64,000 nucleotides of DNA from NCBI GenBank assembly GCA_029100545.1, contig JAQXPH010000031.1:6267-70266 (forward strand). The letters are read 5' to 3'. Below, piece by piece: positions 1-9,656 of the stretch; within the stretch, counting starts at the first letter, position 1; each line of letters starts with the position of its first letter. Source of the stretch: a bacterium. GTDB taxonomy: Bacteria > Bacillota_I > Bacilli_A > RF39 > UBA660. The notes under the pieces are model-generated. The model did not search any database. It worked only from the letters and a program-made list of their open reading frames with translations, and was not told the DNA's origin. The position numbers and the translations under genes are program-made.

Positions 1-2
1 GT

Positions 3-1649
3 ATGGTTGAAGCAGGATGTAAAGAACTTCCAGAAAAAACAATGCTTGAAGCTTTAATGTTTGCTCATGAAAATATAAAGATGCTTTGTGATTTTCAAAA
101 TGAAATTATAAGTGAAATAGGTAAAGAAAAAGTTGAGTTAGAACCAGCCTCTATTGATGAAAGTGTTGAACAAATGGTTCGCCAGTATGCTACAAAAGAT
201 ATGCTTGAGGCTATTCAAATTAAAGAAAAATTAGAAAAATATGCTAAGATTGATGAAGTTAAAGAAAATACTATTGCTCATTTTGAAGAAGAATTTGCTT
301 TAGATGAAGACAAAGATAAAAAAATGAAAGATGTTAGCAAAGTAGTTAACTTAATCGAAGGAAATGAAGTAAGAAGATTAATTATTGAAAAGCATATTAG
401 ACCTGATGGTAGAAAAATGGATGAAATAAGACCACTTCATGCTGAAGTTGATTTATTACCAAGAACTCATGGTTCAGGATTATTCTCTCGAGGAGAAACT
501 CAAGTTTTAGCTACTACTACTCTTGGACCACTTTCAGATCATCAAATTCTTGATGGACTTGGAATTGAAGACACTAAAAGATTTATGCTTCATTATAATT
601 TCCCTAATTTTTCAGTAGGAGAAATTGGAAGATATGGCTCTCCAGGAAGAAGAGAAATTGGCCATGGTGCACTTGGTGAAAGAGCGCTTCTACAAGTTAT
701 GCCAAGTGAGGAAGAATTCCCTTATACTGTTCGAGTTGTTTCTGAAGTACTTGAAAGTAATGGTTCTTCATCACAAGCAACTATATGTTCTGGATGTTTA
801 TCACTTATGGCTGCAGGTGTTCCTATTAAAGCACCAGTTGCTGGAATTGCAATGGGTTTAATCTCTAATGGTAAAAAATATACAATTTTAACTGATATTC
901 AAGGCCTTGAAGATCATATGGGAGATATGGACTTTAAAGTTGCTGGAACTAGAGAAGGTATTACAGCCCTTCAAATGGATATTAAAATAAAAGGCGTTAC
1001 AAAAGCAATTTTAAAAGAAGCCCTTGATGAAGCTAAAAAAGCTAGAATGAAAATCCTTGATGTTATGGAAGAAGTTATTTCAATGCCACGTAAAGAACTA
1101 TCTAAATATGCTCCAAAAGTTGAAACATTTACTATTAATCCAGATAAAATTAAAGATGTAATTGGTAAAGGTGGCGAAATGATTACTAAAATTATTTTAG
1201 AATCATCAAATGTAAAAAGTGTAAATGATAAAGATGCTGTTAAAGTTGATATTGATGATGATGGCAGAGTAATTATTTATCATATGGATAAAGAAGTAAT
1301 TGATAAAACAAGACAAATGATTGAAAATATTACTAAAGAAGTAGAAATTGGTAAAATATATAATGCAAAAGTTGTTAAAGTTGAAGATTTTGGTTGTTTT
1401 GTAGAACTATGGCCTGGTTGTGAAGGACTAGTACATGTATCACAACTTGATAGTAAAAGAGTAGAAAAACCTAGTGATATAGTTTCTGTTGGTGATGAAA
1501 TTGTAGTAAAATCACTTGGCTTTGATAATAAAGGAAGACTAAATTTATCAAGAAAAGATGCTTTACCAAAAAGTAATGAAGAAAAAGAAACAAAAGAAAA
1601 AAACAAAGAAGTAAAAACCAAAGGTCTTTTTGGAAAAAATAAAAAATAA
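3..1649 (+). CDS. pnp: polyribonucleotide nucleotidyltransferase (PNPase), 5'-truncated by the window edge
   Basis: The ORF is open at the window start. It shows RNase PH-like core motifs ([27 protein letters not shown]), a KH motif (VIGKGGEMI) and an S1 motif ([20 protein letters not shown]). Confidence 0.95.
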   Translation: MVEAGCKELPEKTMLEALMFAHENIKMLCDFQNEIISEIGKEKVELEPASIDESVEQMVRQYATKDMLEAIQIKEKLEKYAKIDEVKENTIAHFEEEFALDEDKDKKMKDVSKVVNLIEGNEVRRLIIEKHIRPDGRKMDEIRPLHAEVDLLPRTHGSGLFSRGETQVLATTTLGPLSDHQILDGLGIEDTKRFMLHYNFPNFSVGEIGRYGSPGRREIGHGALGERALLQVMPSEEEFPYTVRVVSEVLESNGSSSQATICSGCLSLMAAGVPIKAPVAGIAMGLISNGKKYTILTDIQGLEDHMGDMDFKVAGTREGITALQMDIKIKGVTKAILKEALDEAKKARMKILDVMEEVISMPRKELSKYAPKVETFTINPDKIKDVIGKGGEMITKIILESSNVKSVNDKDAVKVDIDDDGRVIIYHMDKEVIDKTRQMIENITKEVEIGKIYNAKVVKVEDFGCFVELWPGCEGLVHVSQLDSKRVEKPSDIVSVGDEIVVKSLGFDNKGRLNLSRKDALPKSNEEKETKEKNKEVKTKGLFGKNKK

Positions 1650-1681
1650 TTTAAAAACTATAGATTAATTTTTATTATTGA

Positions 1682-1712
1682 AATTCTAACTAGAAAATGT
1701 TAGAATTTTTTT
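1682..1712 (+). terminator. intrinsic terminator after pnp
   Basis: The stem aattctaac/gttagaatt is followed by a T-run. Confidence 0.6.
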
Positions 1713-1730
1713 ATAAGGTAGGATTCTATA

Positions 1731-3977
1731 ATGGAAGAAAAAAATTATAAAAATGTTAAAGTAGTAGCGGTAGTAGCAAGTGCTTTTTTGTTATTTATTA
1801 TTTTCGCGGCAGCATTTGCTTATTTTGGAACATTTAATATTGATTTAAATAATAATGTAGCAGTAAATATTTATGCACAGCAAGGTGGCGCGTCTTCATT
1901 TACAGCAACAGCAGCTCAGCTTAATCTTCAGGTGCCAGCATCTGCGATGAGTCAGTCAAATTCTGAAAGTGGTAATGCAGTACTAGCGGCAGAAAATACA
2001 GCAACATTAAATGTTACATTAAAAGGTGCCGAAGGAATGCTTACAACCTGCACATATAATATTATTTATGAATATGATAATACTTCAGAAACTTATGGAA
2101 ATAGTGTAGCAGTAACAAGTGGAGCAGATAAAGAAATAACTCTACAGGTTAGTGGGGCAAGCAGCACAAGTAATTATTATGAAACAGAAAGAAACTTTAA
2201 TTACTATAGTGGAAGTAATGGAGAAGATACAACTGATGTATGGGAAAGTTCCACCAAAAGATATTTAGTAAAAGAAGCAAAAATAAGTAGTGCAGGAACA
2301 GAAGTAACTTCAGTATGGAATATAACAGGAAGATATTATAATTTAGATGTAAGTCAATCCCAACTAGAAGGAAAAAGTTTTACAGGTAAAATATATGTAG
2401 ATCCAAATTATGATTGTAGTACTAGTGAAGACAAGACACTTTATTCTTTGGTAAGAAAAAAATATAACGAAGGAAATACATTTGTAAAACTTTATGATGG
2501 AGAAGGCTCAGATACCTATGTAAATCCAGTATACTATTATAATGGTGCAGTACAGGATAATAATGTTTTATTTGCAAACTTTTGTTGGAAAATAGTTAGA
2601 ACTACTGATACTGGAGGAGTTAAATTAATTTATAATGGAACGCCAAAAACAACTGCCGAATTAATTCCATTAGAAGAATCACAATATTTAAATTTATCAA
2701 ATGATGCTAGCTACCCATATACATTTGATAGCACTAATAAAACATGGACAAGTACAAATAAAACAGATAGTGCGACAGGTACAATAACTTTTACTGTAGC
2801 AGAAGCAGGAGATTATGTTCTATCATATACTGTTTCTTCAGAGGGAAATTATGATAAAGCAATATTTTATAAAGATGATACAGTACTTGACACTTATAGT
2901 GGTGAAGACAGTGGAAGCATTACTCTAGATGGTCTTACAACCTCAAATGTAATAAAAGTTGAATATACAAAAGATGAATCTGAAGCAAGTGGTAGTGATA
3001 ATGTAGTATTTAGTTTAGGTAAACCATCTGGTAATTCATATTTAAAATGTAATAACACGGGAACTGATTCTCAAATAGGAAAAAGTTCATTTAATAGTAG
3101 TTACACTTCTCCTGCCTATGTAGGCTATATGTATAATACTGTATATACTTCTTCAAATAAATCAATGTCATCATTATCTAATATAGTATTTGGTAATTCA
3201 TTTACATATTCAGGAGGAACGTATACACTCACTGATACAATGGCAGTAGCAACTTTGTCAAGTGGTTATAATACAATAAATAATAATCATTATACGTGTT
3301 TTACTACAGGTACTACTTGTTCGGATTTATATTATGTATATTACACTTCTTCTTATCAGTCATATTATATAACCCTTACGGGTGGTAAATCTGTGGGTGA
3401 TGCTTTAAATGAAATGTTATATGCAGATGATGTAAATAAAACTGATTCTGTTATGAAAACATATATAGAAACTTGGTATGAAAATAATATGACCGCATAT
3501 ACATCATATCTTGAAGATACAACTTATTGTAATGATCGAAGTATAAATGACTTAGGGGGATGGAATCCAAATGGCGGAAGTACAACTGGTTCATCATATT
3601 ATTTACAATTTAAAAATTATAATACAAATTATAGTTTAGTATGTGGTAATGTTACAGATCAGTTTAGAGTAGGAAATACAAAAGCACCACTTAAATATCC
3701 AGTAGGTTTACTTACAGCTCCAGAAGTATGCCTAGCATATAAAGATGCAAGTTATAGTACTTATTATTTAAATACAGGAGAGTATTATTGGCTTGGGTCC
3801 CCTGGCAGCTTTTACGACATCACTGCTTACGGGCGTAACGTCAATAGTTCGGGTAGCATGAGCGTCATCTACCCCGTGTACGATTCTATTGGGGCCCGGC
3901 CGTCCGTTTCCTTAAAACCTGGCACCGGATATATTTCAGGAAATGGGTCATATACTTCACCTTATTTGATAGAATAA
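1731..3977 (+). CDS. DGR variable (target) protein, remote copy, with an N-terminal signal anchor and VR2 at the C-terminus
   Basis: A GGTAGG RBS precedes the start. The N-terminal TM segment ends in the FAYF motif. The C-terminal ~500 aa are about 90% identical to ORF 31567..33732. The GC-rich segment 3786-3912 matches the TR at 33896-34019. Confidence 0.85.
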   Translation: MEEKNYKNVKVVAVVASAFLLFIIFAAAFAYFGTFNIDLNNNVAVNIYAQQGGASSFTATAAQLNLQVPASAMSQSNSESGNAVLAAENTATLNVTLKGAEGMLTTCTYNIIYEYDNTSETYGNSVAVTSGADKEITLQVSGASSTSNYYETERNFNYYSGSNGEDTTDVWESSTKRYLVKEAKISSAGTEVTSVWNITGRYYNLDVSQSQLEGKSFTGKIYVDPNYDCSTSEDKTLYSLVRKKYNEGNTFVKLYDGEGSDTYVNPVYYYNGAVQDNNVLFANFCWKIVRTTDTGGVKLIYNGTPKTTAELIPLEESQYLNLSNDASYPYTFDSTNKTWTSTNKTDSATGTITFTVAEAGDYVLSYTVSSEGNYDKAIFYKDDTVLDTYSGEDSGSITLDGLTTSNVIKVEYTKDESEASGSDNVVFSLGKPSGNSYLKCNNTGTDSQIGKSSFNSSYTSPAYVGYMYNTVYTSSNKSMSSLSNIVFGNSFTYSGGTYTLTDTMAVATLSSGYNTINNNHYTCFTTGTTCSDLYYVYYTSSYQSYYITLTGGKSVGDALNEMLYADDVNKTDSVMKTYIETWYENNMTAYTSYLEDTTYCNDRSINDLGGWNPNGGSTTGSSYYLQFKNYNTNYSLVCGNVTDQFRVGNTKAPLKYPVGLLTAPEVCLAYKDASYSTYYLNTGEYYWLGSPGSFYDITAYGRNVNSSGSMSVIYPVYDSIGARPSVSLKPGTGYISGNGSYTSPYLIE
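3786..3912 (+). repeat. DGR variable repeat VR2 (remote)
   Basis: It aligns with the TR. Most mismatches fall at TR adenines inside AAY codons. It shares the ggcttgggtcccct 5' end and the ggggcccgg 3' GC block, and is 3 nt longer than the TR. Confidence 0.8.
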
Positions 3978-4019
3978 CGGAAGAGGGAAGTAGGTGCCGT
4001 GCGCTTATCACTAGTAAGT

Positions 4020-4043
4020 CCTCGCGAGAACCCTTTCGCGAGG
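4020..4043 (+). promoter_or_regulatory. GC-rich hairpin in the 3' flank of target gene 2 (cctcgcga ... tcgcgagg)
   Basis: This is a perfect 8-bp GC-rich inverted repeat that can be extended to about 10 bp around the loop ACCC. The same element occurs at 33774-33797 after target gene 1. No T-run follows it. Confidence 0.7.
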
Positions 4044-4086
4044 CGCCGAAGTAATAAATTAACGCAAATAATGAATTGTGAATAGA

Positions 4087-4119
4087 AAATCATAATATTT
4101 TAAATGTTTATGATTTTTT
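4087..4119 (+). terminator. intrinsic terminator after target gene 2
   Basis: The stem aaatcataa/ttatgattt is followed by a T-run. Confidence 0.55.
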
Positions 4120-4187
4120 ATTTTATTTTTTAAAATATAATGATATACTTAATTTGGGTAGGTAATATAATTTATTAAGGAGTTTAT

Positions 4188-5411
4188 ATGAGAAAACGTT
4201 TTAAAGGATTATTATGTTTTATTGCTTTTTTATTAATATTATCTACTATCTTATTTGTCTTTTATTTTATATATACTAAATTAAATAATAATGATGGTGA
4301 TATTAAAATAACAGGTAGTTTATCTATTAATTTTCATGATGGAAATGTAATAGATTTTGATAAGTCAAAAGATACTGTTATAACTATAATAAATAATGGT
4401 AATGAAGGAGTATATTATTATATTGAATTTATAAATTTAAATAGTGAAACAGATATTAATTATTCATTAACTGATAATAATGTTATTAATATAAATGATA
4501 TATTATCTAATCAAAGTGAAATAATATCAAGTTATATTTTTATTGATGCTGGAGAAATACAAAACTATGATTTAAAATTTAGTTCTTCTTCTGAAAATAC
4601 TAAAAGAATTGAAATAAATATTGAAGAAGAAAGTCTTGAAAGTAACTCTTTTGCTGAAACAATATTAAAAAATGATGTTGTAAAAGATAAACCTCTTACA
4701 ATTGTAGGTAAACAGGAAGCTACTACTGATGAAGGTTTAATTGAAGAATCTGATGATTTTGGTTCATCTTATTATTTTCGTGGTAACACTTTAAATAATA
4801 ATGTTTTAATAAATAATTTAAAATTCAAAATAGTAAGAATTAATGGTGATGGTAGTGTTAAACTTGTTTTAGATGAAAATATTGAAAAATTATCTGAATA
4901 TTATGAAGATGGAAACTATAAATTTAAAGAAACTACAATTTATTCAGCACTTAATAGTTGGATAAATGAAAATCTTGGTAAATATTCTTCTTTTTTATCA
5001 AATCAAAAATATTGTAATGATACACTTTTAAATGAAAATACTTTTTATGCTTATACAAGAGTTATGGAAGATAATATACCATCACTTATATGTTTAAGTG
5101 AAAAATTTACGAGTAAGGTTGCTCTTTTAACCGTTGATGAAGTTCTTTTTGCAGGTGCTACCATAAATAATGAAAATAAATCATTTTATCTTTATAATGA
5201 AAATATTACTTCTGATATATATTTAATGACATCAGCAAAATTATTAAATAATACTTATTATCCTTTTGTTTTATCTACTACTGGAAAAATAGAAAGTGAT
5301 GTACCAGGAACTTATTTAAGAAGTGTTAGACCTGTTATAACTATTATTAAAACAGCAATGGTTACTGGAACTGGTACTATAGATGATCCATATATTTTAA
5401 TTGAAAGTTAA
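4188..5411 (+). CDS. non-diversified paralogue of the DGR-target family, a membrane-anchored surface protein
   Basis: An AAGGAG RBS precedes the start and there is an N-terminal TM segment. Family motifs are SSYYFRG, KFKIVRINGDGSVKLV, YCND, ALLTVDEVLFAG and VRPVITI...GTGTIDDPYILI. The region equivalent to the VR is AT-rich and unlike the TR. Confidence 0.8.
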   Translation: MRKRFKGLLCFIAFLLILSTILFVFYFIYTKLNNNDGDIKITGSLSINFHDGNVIDFDKSKDTVITIINNGNEGVYYYIEFINLNSETDINYSLTDNNVININDILSNQSEIISSYIFIDAGEIQNYDLKFSSSSENTKRIEINIEEESLESNSFAETILKNDVVKDKPLTIVGKQEATTDEGLIEESDDFGSSYYFRGNTLNNNVLINNLKFKIVRINGDGSVKLVLDENIEKLSEYYEDGNYKFKETTIYSALNSWINENLGKYSSFLSNQKYCNDTLLNENTFYAYTRVMEDNIPSLICLSEKFTSKVALLTVDEVLFAGATINNENKSFYLYNENITSDIYLMTSAKLLNNTYYPFVLSTTGKIESDVPGTYLRSVRPVITIIKTAMVTGTGTIDDPYILIES

Positions 5412-5491
5412 TGTAAACAATAAAAGTAAAATGTAAAGTTTATCTTTCATATTAAGTAAAATATTGTTAAAATATTTACAGGTGATATATT

Positions 5492-5956
5492 ATGTTTAGT
5501 GATATTATAGTATTTTTAAAAAGTTTAACATTTATTGATTATATATTTTTCTTTACAGTTGTTTTTCTAATGGTATTAATTATTAGTTTAATATACTTTA
5601 TAAAAATTAATGGTAAAGTTATTAATGATACTACAGTAAAAAATAGTGATGATTTGCAAGAAATTGCTACAGCTTTAAAAGATCTTAAACCTATTAGTTT
5701 TACTTCTTTCGAAAAAGAGGAAGAAGAAAAAGCAATTATTAGTTATGATGAATTATTATCTAATACTGGTCAATTTGAATTAAATTATTCTAATGAAGAA
5801 AAAAATGGTGATGTATTAATTAAAAAAGTTGATCTTAATAATTTAATTAATGATAAAAAAATTGATGCTATGAAAATAGATGTTCATTTAATGAGTTTAT
5901 CAAGGGAAGAAGAATTTTTAAAAACATTAAAAGAATTACAAAAAATATTAAGTTAG
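5492..5956 (+). CDS. hypothetical membrane-anchored protein
   Basis: The ORF has a GGTGA RBS and an N-terminal TM segment. I recognise no family. Confidence 0.5.
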   Translation: MFSDIIVFLKSLTFIDYIFFFTVVFLMVLIISLIYFIKINGKVINDTTVKNSDDLQEIATALKDLKPISFTSFEKEEEEKAIISYDELLSNTGQFELNYSNEEKNGDVLIKKVDLNNLINDKKIDAMKIDVHLMSLSREEEFLKTLKELQKILS

Positions 5957-5960
5957 GGGA

Positions 5961-7199
5961 ATGGTTATGAAATTTAATATAATTACACTTGGTTGTAAAG
6001 TAAATAGTTATGAAAGTAATTTTATGAAGGAATCCTTAATTAATAATGGATTTTCTTTTTGTAGTGATAATGAAAAATGTGATATATTAATTTTAAATAC
6101 TTGTACTGTTACAGATACATCTGATAAAAAAAGTTTAAAAGAAGTAAGAAGACTTAAAAGAGAAAACCCTAACTCTATTTTAGTAGTATGTGGATGTTCA
6201 GTACAAAATAATATTGATAAATATAAAAATATGGGTATTGATATTTTAATGGGTAATATAAATAAAAGTAATATTGTAAGTATTATTAATGATTATTTAA
6301 AAAATAATGTGCCTTATGAATGCATTGCTAAAACAAGAGATTTGCCTTTTGAAAATATGATAATTAAGTCTTTTAATCATACAAGAGGTAATATTAAAAT
6401 TGAAGATGGTTGTGATAATTTTTGTTCATATTGTATAATTCCTTTTGTAAGAGGAAAAGTAAGATCTAAAAATTTTGATGATGTTATAAATGAAGCAACT
6501 ATCCTAGCAAATAATGGTTATAAAGAAATAGTTTTGACAGGTATTGATACAGGTTCATATGAAAGTAATGGTAAAGATTTATCTGATTTAATAAATGAAT
6601 TATCTAAAATAGATACTTTAAAAAGAATAAGACTATCAAGTATTGAAATAACTCAGTTAAATGATAAATTTATGGAAGTTTTAAAAAATAATGATAAATT
6701 ATGTAATCATTTGCATATACCACTTCAAGCAGGAAGTGATGAAATATTAAAACTAATGAATCGTAAATATGATTTAAATTATTTTTTTGAAAAAGTAAAA
6801 AAAATTAGAAGTATTAGACCTGATATATCTATTACTACAGATGTAATTGTAGGATTTCCAAATGAGACAAATGAAATGTTTTTAAAAACTTTAGATACTT
6901 GTGAAAAATTAAATTTTGCTAAAATACATGTATTTCCTTATTCAGATAGAACAGGTACTAAAGCAAGTAAAATGGCTAATAAAATTAGTATTAATGAAAA
7001 AAAAGATCGAGTAAAAAAACTTATGGATTTAAGTTTAACATTAGAAAATAATTATTATAATAAATTTAAAGGTCAAAAATTAGATGTTTTAATCGAAGAA
7101 GTATTTGAGGATTATTCTGTAGGACATACATCAAATTACTTAATGGTAAAAATTCCTAAAAAACTTGTTAAAGGAGAAATATATAACGAAAAAATATAA
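5961..7199 (+). CDS. mtaB: radical-SAM tRNA methylthiotransferase (MiaB/MtaB family)
   Basis: The N-terminal motif is TLGCKVNSYES and the radical-SAM cluster motif is CDNFCSYCIIPFVRG. A C-terminal TRAM-like region is present. Confidence 0.75.
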   Translation: MVMKFNIITLGCKVNSYESNFMKESLINNGFSFCSDNEKCDILILNTCTVTDTSDKKSLKEVRRLKRENPNSILVVCGCSVQNNIDKYKNMGIDILMGNINKSNIVSIINDYLKNNVPYECIAKTRDLPFENMIIKSFNHTRGNIKIEDGCDNFCSYCIIPFVRGKVRSKNFDDVINEATILANNGYKEIVLTGIDTGSYESNGKDLSDLINELSKIDTLKRIRLSSIEITQLNDKFMEVLKNNDKLCNHLHIPLQAGSDEILKLMNRKYDLNYFFEKVKKIRSIRPDISITTDVIVGFPNETNEMFLKTLDTCEKLNFAKIHVFPYSDRTGTKASKMANKISINEKKDRVKKLMDLSLTLENNYYNKFKGQKLDVLIEEVFEDYSVGHTSNYLMVKIPKKLVKGEIYNEKI

Positions 7200-9394
7200 T
7201 GGAAAAGTCTTATATTAAAGGTAAATTTAAAAAAATTATTTATCAAAATGAAGATAGTAACTTTACAGTTGCTCTTTTTAAAGTTAATGAAACTAATGAT
7301 TTAGAGGTATCTAAATATAGTGATAAATTAATTTATGTAACAGGTATTATTTATGATATAAGATATGATATGGAATATATGATTTATGGAAAACTATCTT
7401 TTCATCAAAAATATTCTTGGCAATATACTATAGAAAGGTTTAAAGTATTAGAACCTACTACTGAAGAAGAAATTCAAAATTTTTTAGCAAGTTCTTTTGT
7501 TGAGGGTTGTTCTAAACAAATGGCTAAAAAAATTGTAGATACTTATGGAAAAGAATCTTTAAAAAAAATAAAAGAAGACATTAATAACTTATTTGTTATT
7601 AAAGGTATGACTACATTAAAAGCCACGAAAATATATGGAAGTATTTTAAAATTTGAAAAAGATGATGAAATAATTAAAAAACTTACTTCTTGGGGTTTTA
7701 CTTATGATGAAACTTCAAAAATATTAAGTAAACATTATAATGATATAGAACCAATTATCGAGGGTAATCTATATCTACTTAAGGATATCTTTGAATTTAG
7801 AAAAATAGATAATATTTATAAAAATAATTTTTATCCTTTATCAGAAATTAGATGTAAAGAATGTATATTAAATACTTTAATTGATATAAGTTTTGCTGAA
7901 GGAAGTTCTTATTATTATATTGAAGAAATTTATAAATATTTAGTTAATAATTATAATATAAGTATAGATAATACAATATTCGAAGAATATATAAATGATT
8001 TAATAAATGATAATTTAATTATTAAAAATGATAAAAGATATTATTTAAAAAAATATTATGATGAAGAAAATAGTATTGCAAGATATTTATATTTAATTGA
8101 TAAAAATGAAAAAATTAGAATTAATGATTTTGATAATAAAATTAAAGAAATTCAAAAAGAAACTAATAAAATATATTCTGATGAACAAATTAAAGCGATT
8201 GAAAATGCTTTAAATGAAAATATTACTATTATATCTGGAGGTCCAGGTACTGGTAAAACAACAATTATAAATGCTATTGTTAAACTTTATATTAAAGAAA
8301 ATTGTTTAAATAATGAAGATATTATAAATAATATTGCTCTTTTAGCACCAACAGGAAGAGCTAGTAAAAAACTTAGTAATTCTACATCACTTCCTGCTTA
8401 TACAATTCATAGATTATTAAAGTGGCATAAAGAAAGTGATTCTTTTGAGTATAATGAATATAATAAACTTTATCATAAATTATTAATTGTTGATGAATGT
8501 TCAATGATAGATATTTCTTTAATGAAAAGTTTACTTTGTGCTTATAATAGCAATATTAAACTTGTTTTAGTGGGTGATATTTATCAGCTTCCTTCAGTAG
8601 GTCCTGGACTTGTTTTACAAGATTTAATTAATAGTGATTATTTTTCATTTAATATGTTAAATACAATTTATCGTCAAAGTGATAATTCATATATTCCTTA
8701 TTTAGCTAAAGATATCAAAAAACAAGATATAAATGAAGAAATATTAACTAAAAAAGATGATTATAATTTTATTGTTTGTGAAAAAGATAAAATATTAGAA
8801 AATGTTATAAGATGCGTACAATATGGTCTTTCTAAAGGAATTGATGAAAGTAAAATGCAAGTACTTGCTCCAATGTATAAAGGAGATAATGGTATAGATA
8901 ATTTAAACTTATATTTAGAAAAAATATATAATAATAATCCATTTATGGAAGTAAAATATGGTGATAAAATATATCATGTTAATGATAAAGTATTACAACT
9001 TATTAATGATTCAGATAATAATGTATTTAATGGAGATATTGGTAAAATAATTAATATTTCTAAAAATTATGATGATAAAATTATAATTCAAATAGATTTT
9101 GATGGAAATATTGTTTCTATTGAAAAAAAAGATTTAAAAAATATTACTCTTGCTTACGCAATTACAATTCATAAAAGTCAGGGTAGTGAATTTGAACATG
9201 TTATAATGCCTATATGTAATAATTATAGTATTATGCTTTATAATAAATTAATTTATACAGCAGTATCACGAGCTAAAAAAAGTTTAACTATTATTGGTGA
9301 ACCTTCTGCCTTTATTAGAGCAGTTAATAATAACTATTCAATGATGCGAAAAACCTCATTAATTGAGTATTTGAATAAATACTATAATGTATAA
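7199..9394 (+). CDS. recD2: SF1B ATP-dependent DNA helicase, RecD2-like
   Basis: Walker A is GGPGTGKTT. Other helicase motifs are LIVDECSMID, VGDIYQLPSVGPG and AITIHKSQGSEF. Confidence 0.85.
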   Translation: MEKSYIKGKFKKIIYQNEDSNFTVALFKVNETNDLEVSKYSDKLIYVTGIIYDIRYDMEYMIYGKLSFHQKYSWQYTIERFKVLEPTTEEEIQNFLASSFVEGCSKQMAKKIVDTYGKESLKKIKEDINNLFVIKGMTTLKATKIYGSILKFEKDDEIIKKLTSWGFTYDETSKILSKHYNDIEPIIEGNLYLLKDIFEFRKIDNIYKNNFYPLSEIRCKECILNTLIDISFAEGSSYYYIEEIYKYLVNNYNISIDNTIFEEYINDLINDNLIIKNDKRYYLKKYYDEENSIARYLYLIDKNEKIRINDFDNKIKEIQKETNKIYSDEQIKAIENALNENITIISGGPGTGKTTIINAIVKLYIKENCLNNEDIINNIALLAPTGRASKKLSNSTSLPAYTIHRLLKWHKESDSFEYNEYNKLYHKLLIVDECSMIDISLMKSLLCAYNSNIKLVLVGDIYQLPSVGPGLVLQDLINSDYFSFNMLNTIYRQSDNSYIPYLAKDIKKQDINEEILTKKDDYNFIVCEKDKILENVIRCVQYGLSKGIDESKMQVLAPMYKGDNGIDNLNLYLEKIYNNNPFMEVKYGDKIYHVNDKVLQLINDSDNNVFNGDIGKIINISKNYDDKIIIQIDFDGNIVSIEKKDLKNITLAYAITIHKSQGSEFEHVIMPICNNYSIMLYNKLIYTAVSRAKKSLTIIGEPSAFIRAVNNNYSMMRKTSLIEYLNKYYNV

Positions 9395-9453
9395 ATAATA
9401 TAGATTTACAAATACTATTATTAGAGGTGAAAATAACGAAAAAAGTAGGTTAT

Positions 9454-9576
9454 ATGATGCTTGGAATGGCTTTAACAGGGGCTGGAGTAGGAGCTTATAT
9501 GTATTTAGGAAATAATAAAAGTAAAAATAAAAAAGCCAAAAATTTATATTCTCAAGCAAGTAATTCAAGTAATTAG
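9454..9576 (+). CDS. possible small Gly-rich membrane protein (start uncertain; in-frame GTG at 9427)
   Basis: The small ORF encodes MMLGMALTGAGVGAYMYLGNNKSK... It is followed by a hairpin (ggatag/ctatcc) and a T-run, and lies in an otherwise empty intergenic gap. Confidence 0.35.
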   Translation: MMLGMALTGAGVGAYMYLGNNKSKNKKAKNLYSQASNSSN

Positions 9577-9656
9577 GATAGATACTATCCTTTTTATTAT
9601 GTATATTTCTAGATTTTTTATATTTTATTTATTATAATATTGTTAGGTGAGGTAAT

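Larger units (their letters stand above)
2460..4068 (+). repeat. ~1.6 kb dispersed direct repeat, copy 1 (3' two-thirds of target gene 2 plus ~90 nt of 3' flank)
   Basis: It is near-identical at the nucleotide level to 32224-33823, apart from small indels and the VR segment. Confidence 0.85.

Noticed and set aside
1280-1621. Antisense ORFs inside pnp, dnaK (26028..26450), rnc/smc (59692..60078), smc (61714..61977, 62290..62532), mutS (50785..51012) and others in the ORF track
   Set aside because: All lie opposite strongly supported conserved genes. They have Ser/Leu/Phe-rich low-complexity translations typical of the antisense strand of Lys/Glu-rich genes, and they lack RBSs.
4188-5411. Whether the three other family paralogues (4188..5411, 29868..31556, 45485..46534) are additional DGR targets
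   Set aside because: Their regions equivalent to the VR are AT-rich. They lack the ggcttgggtcccct 5' end and the ggggcccgg IMH-like block. They share at most a ~12-nt remnant (aacgtcgatagt in 31430-31441) with the TR. They look like non-diversified paralogues.
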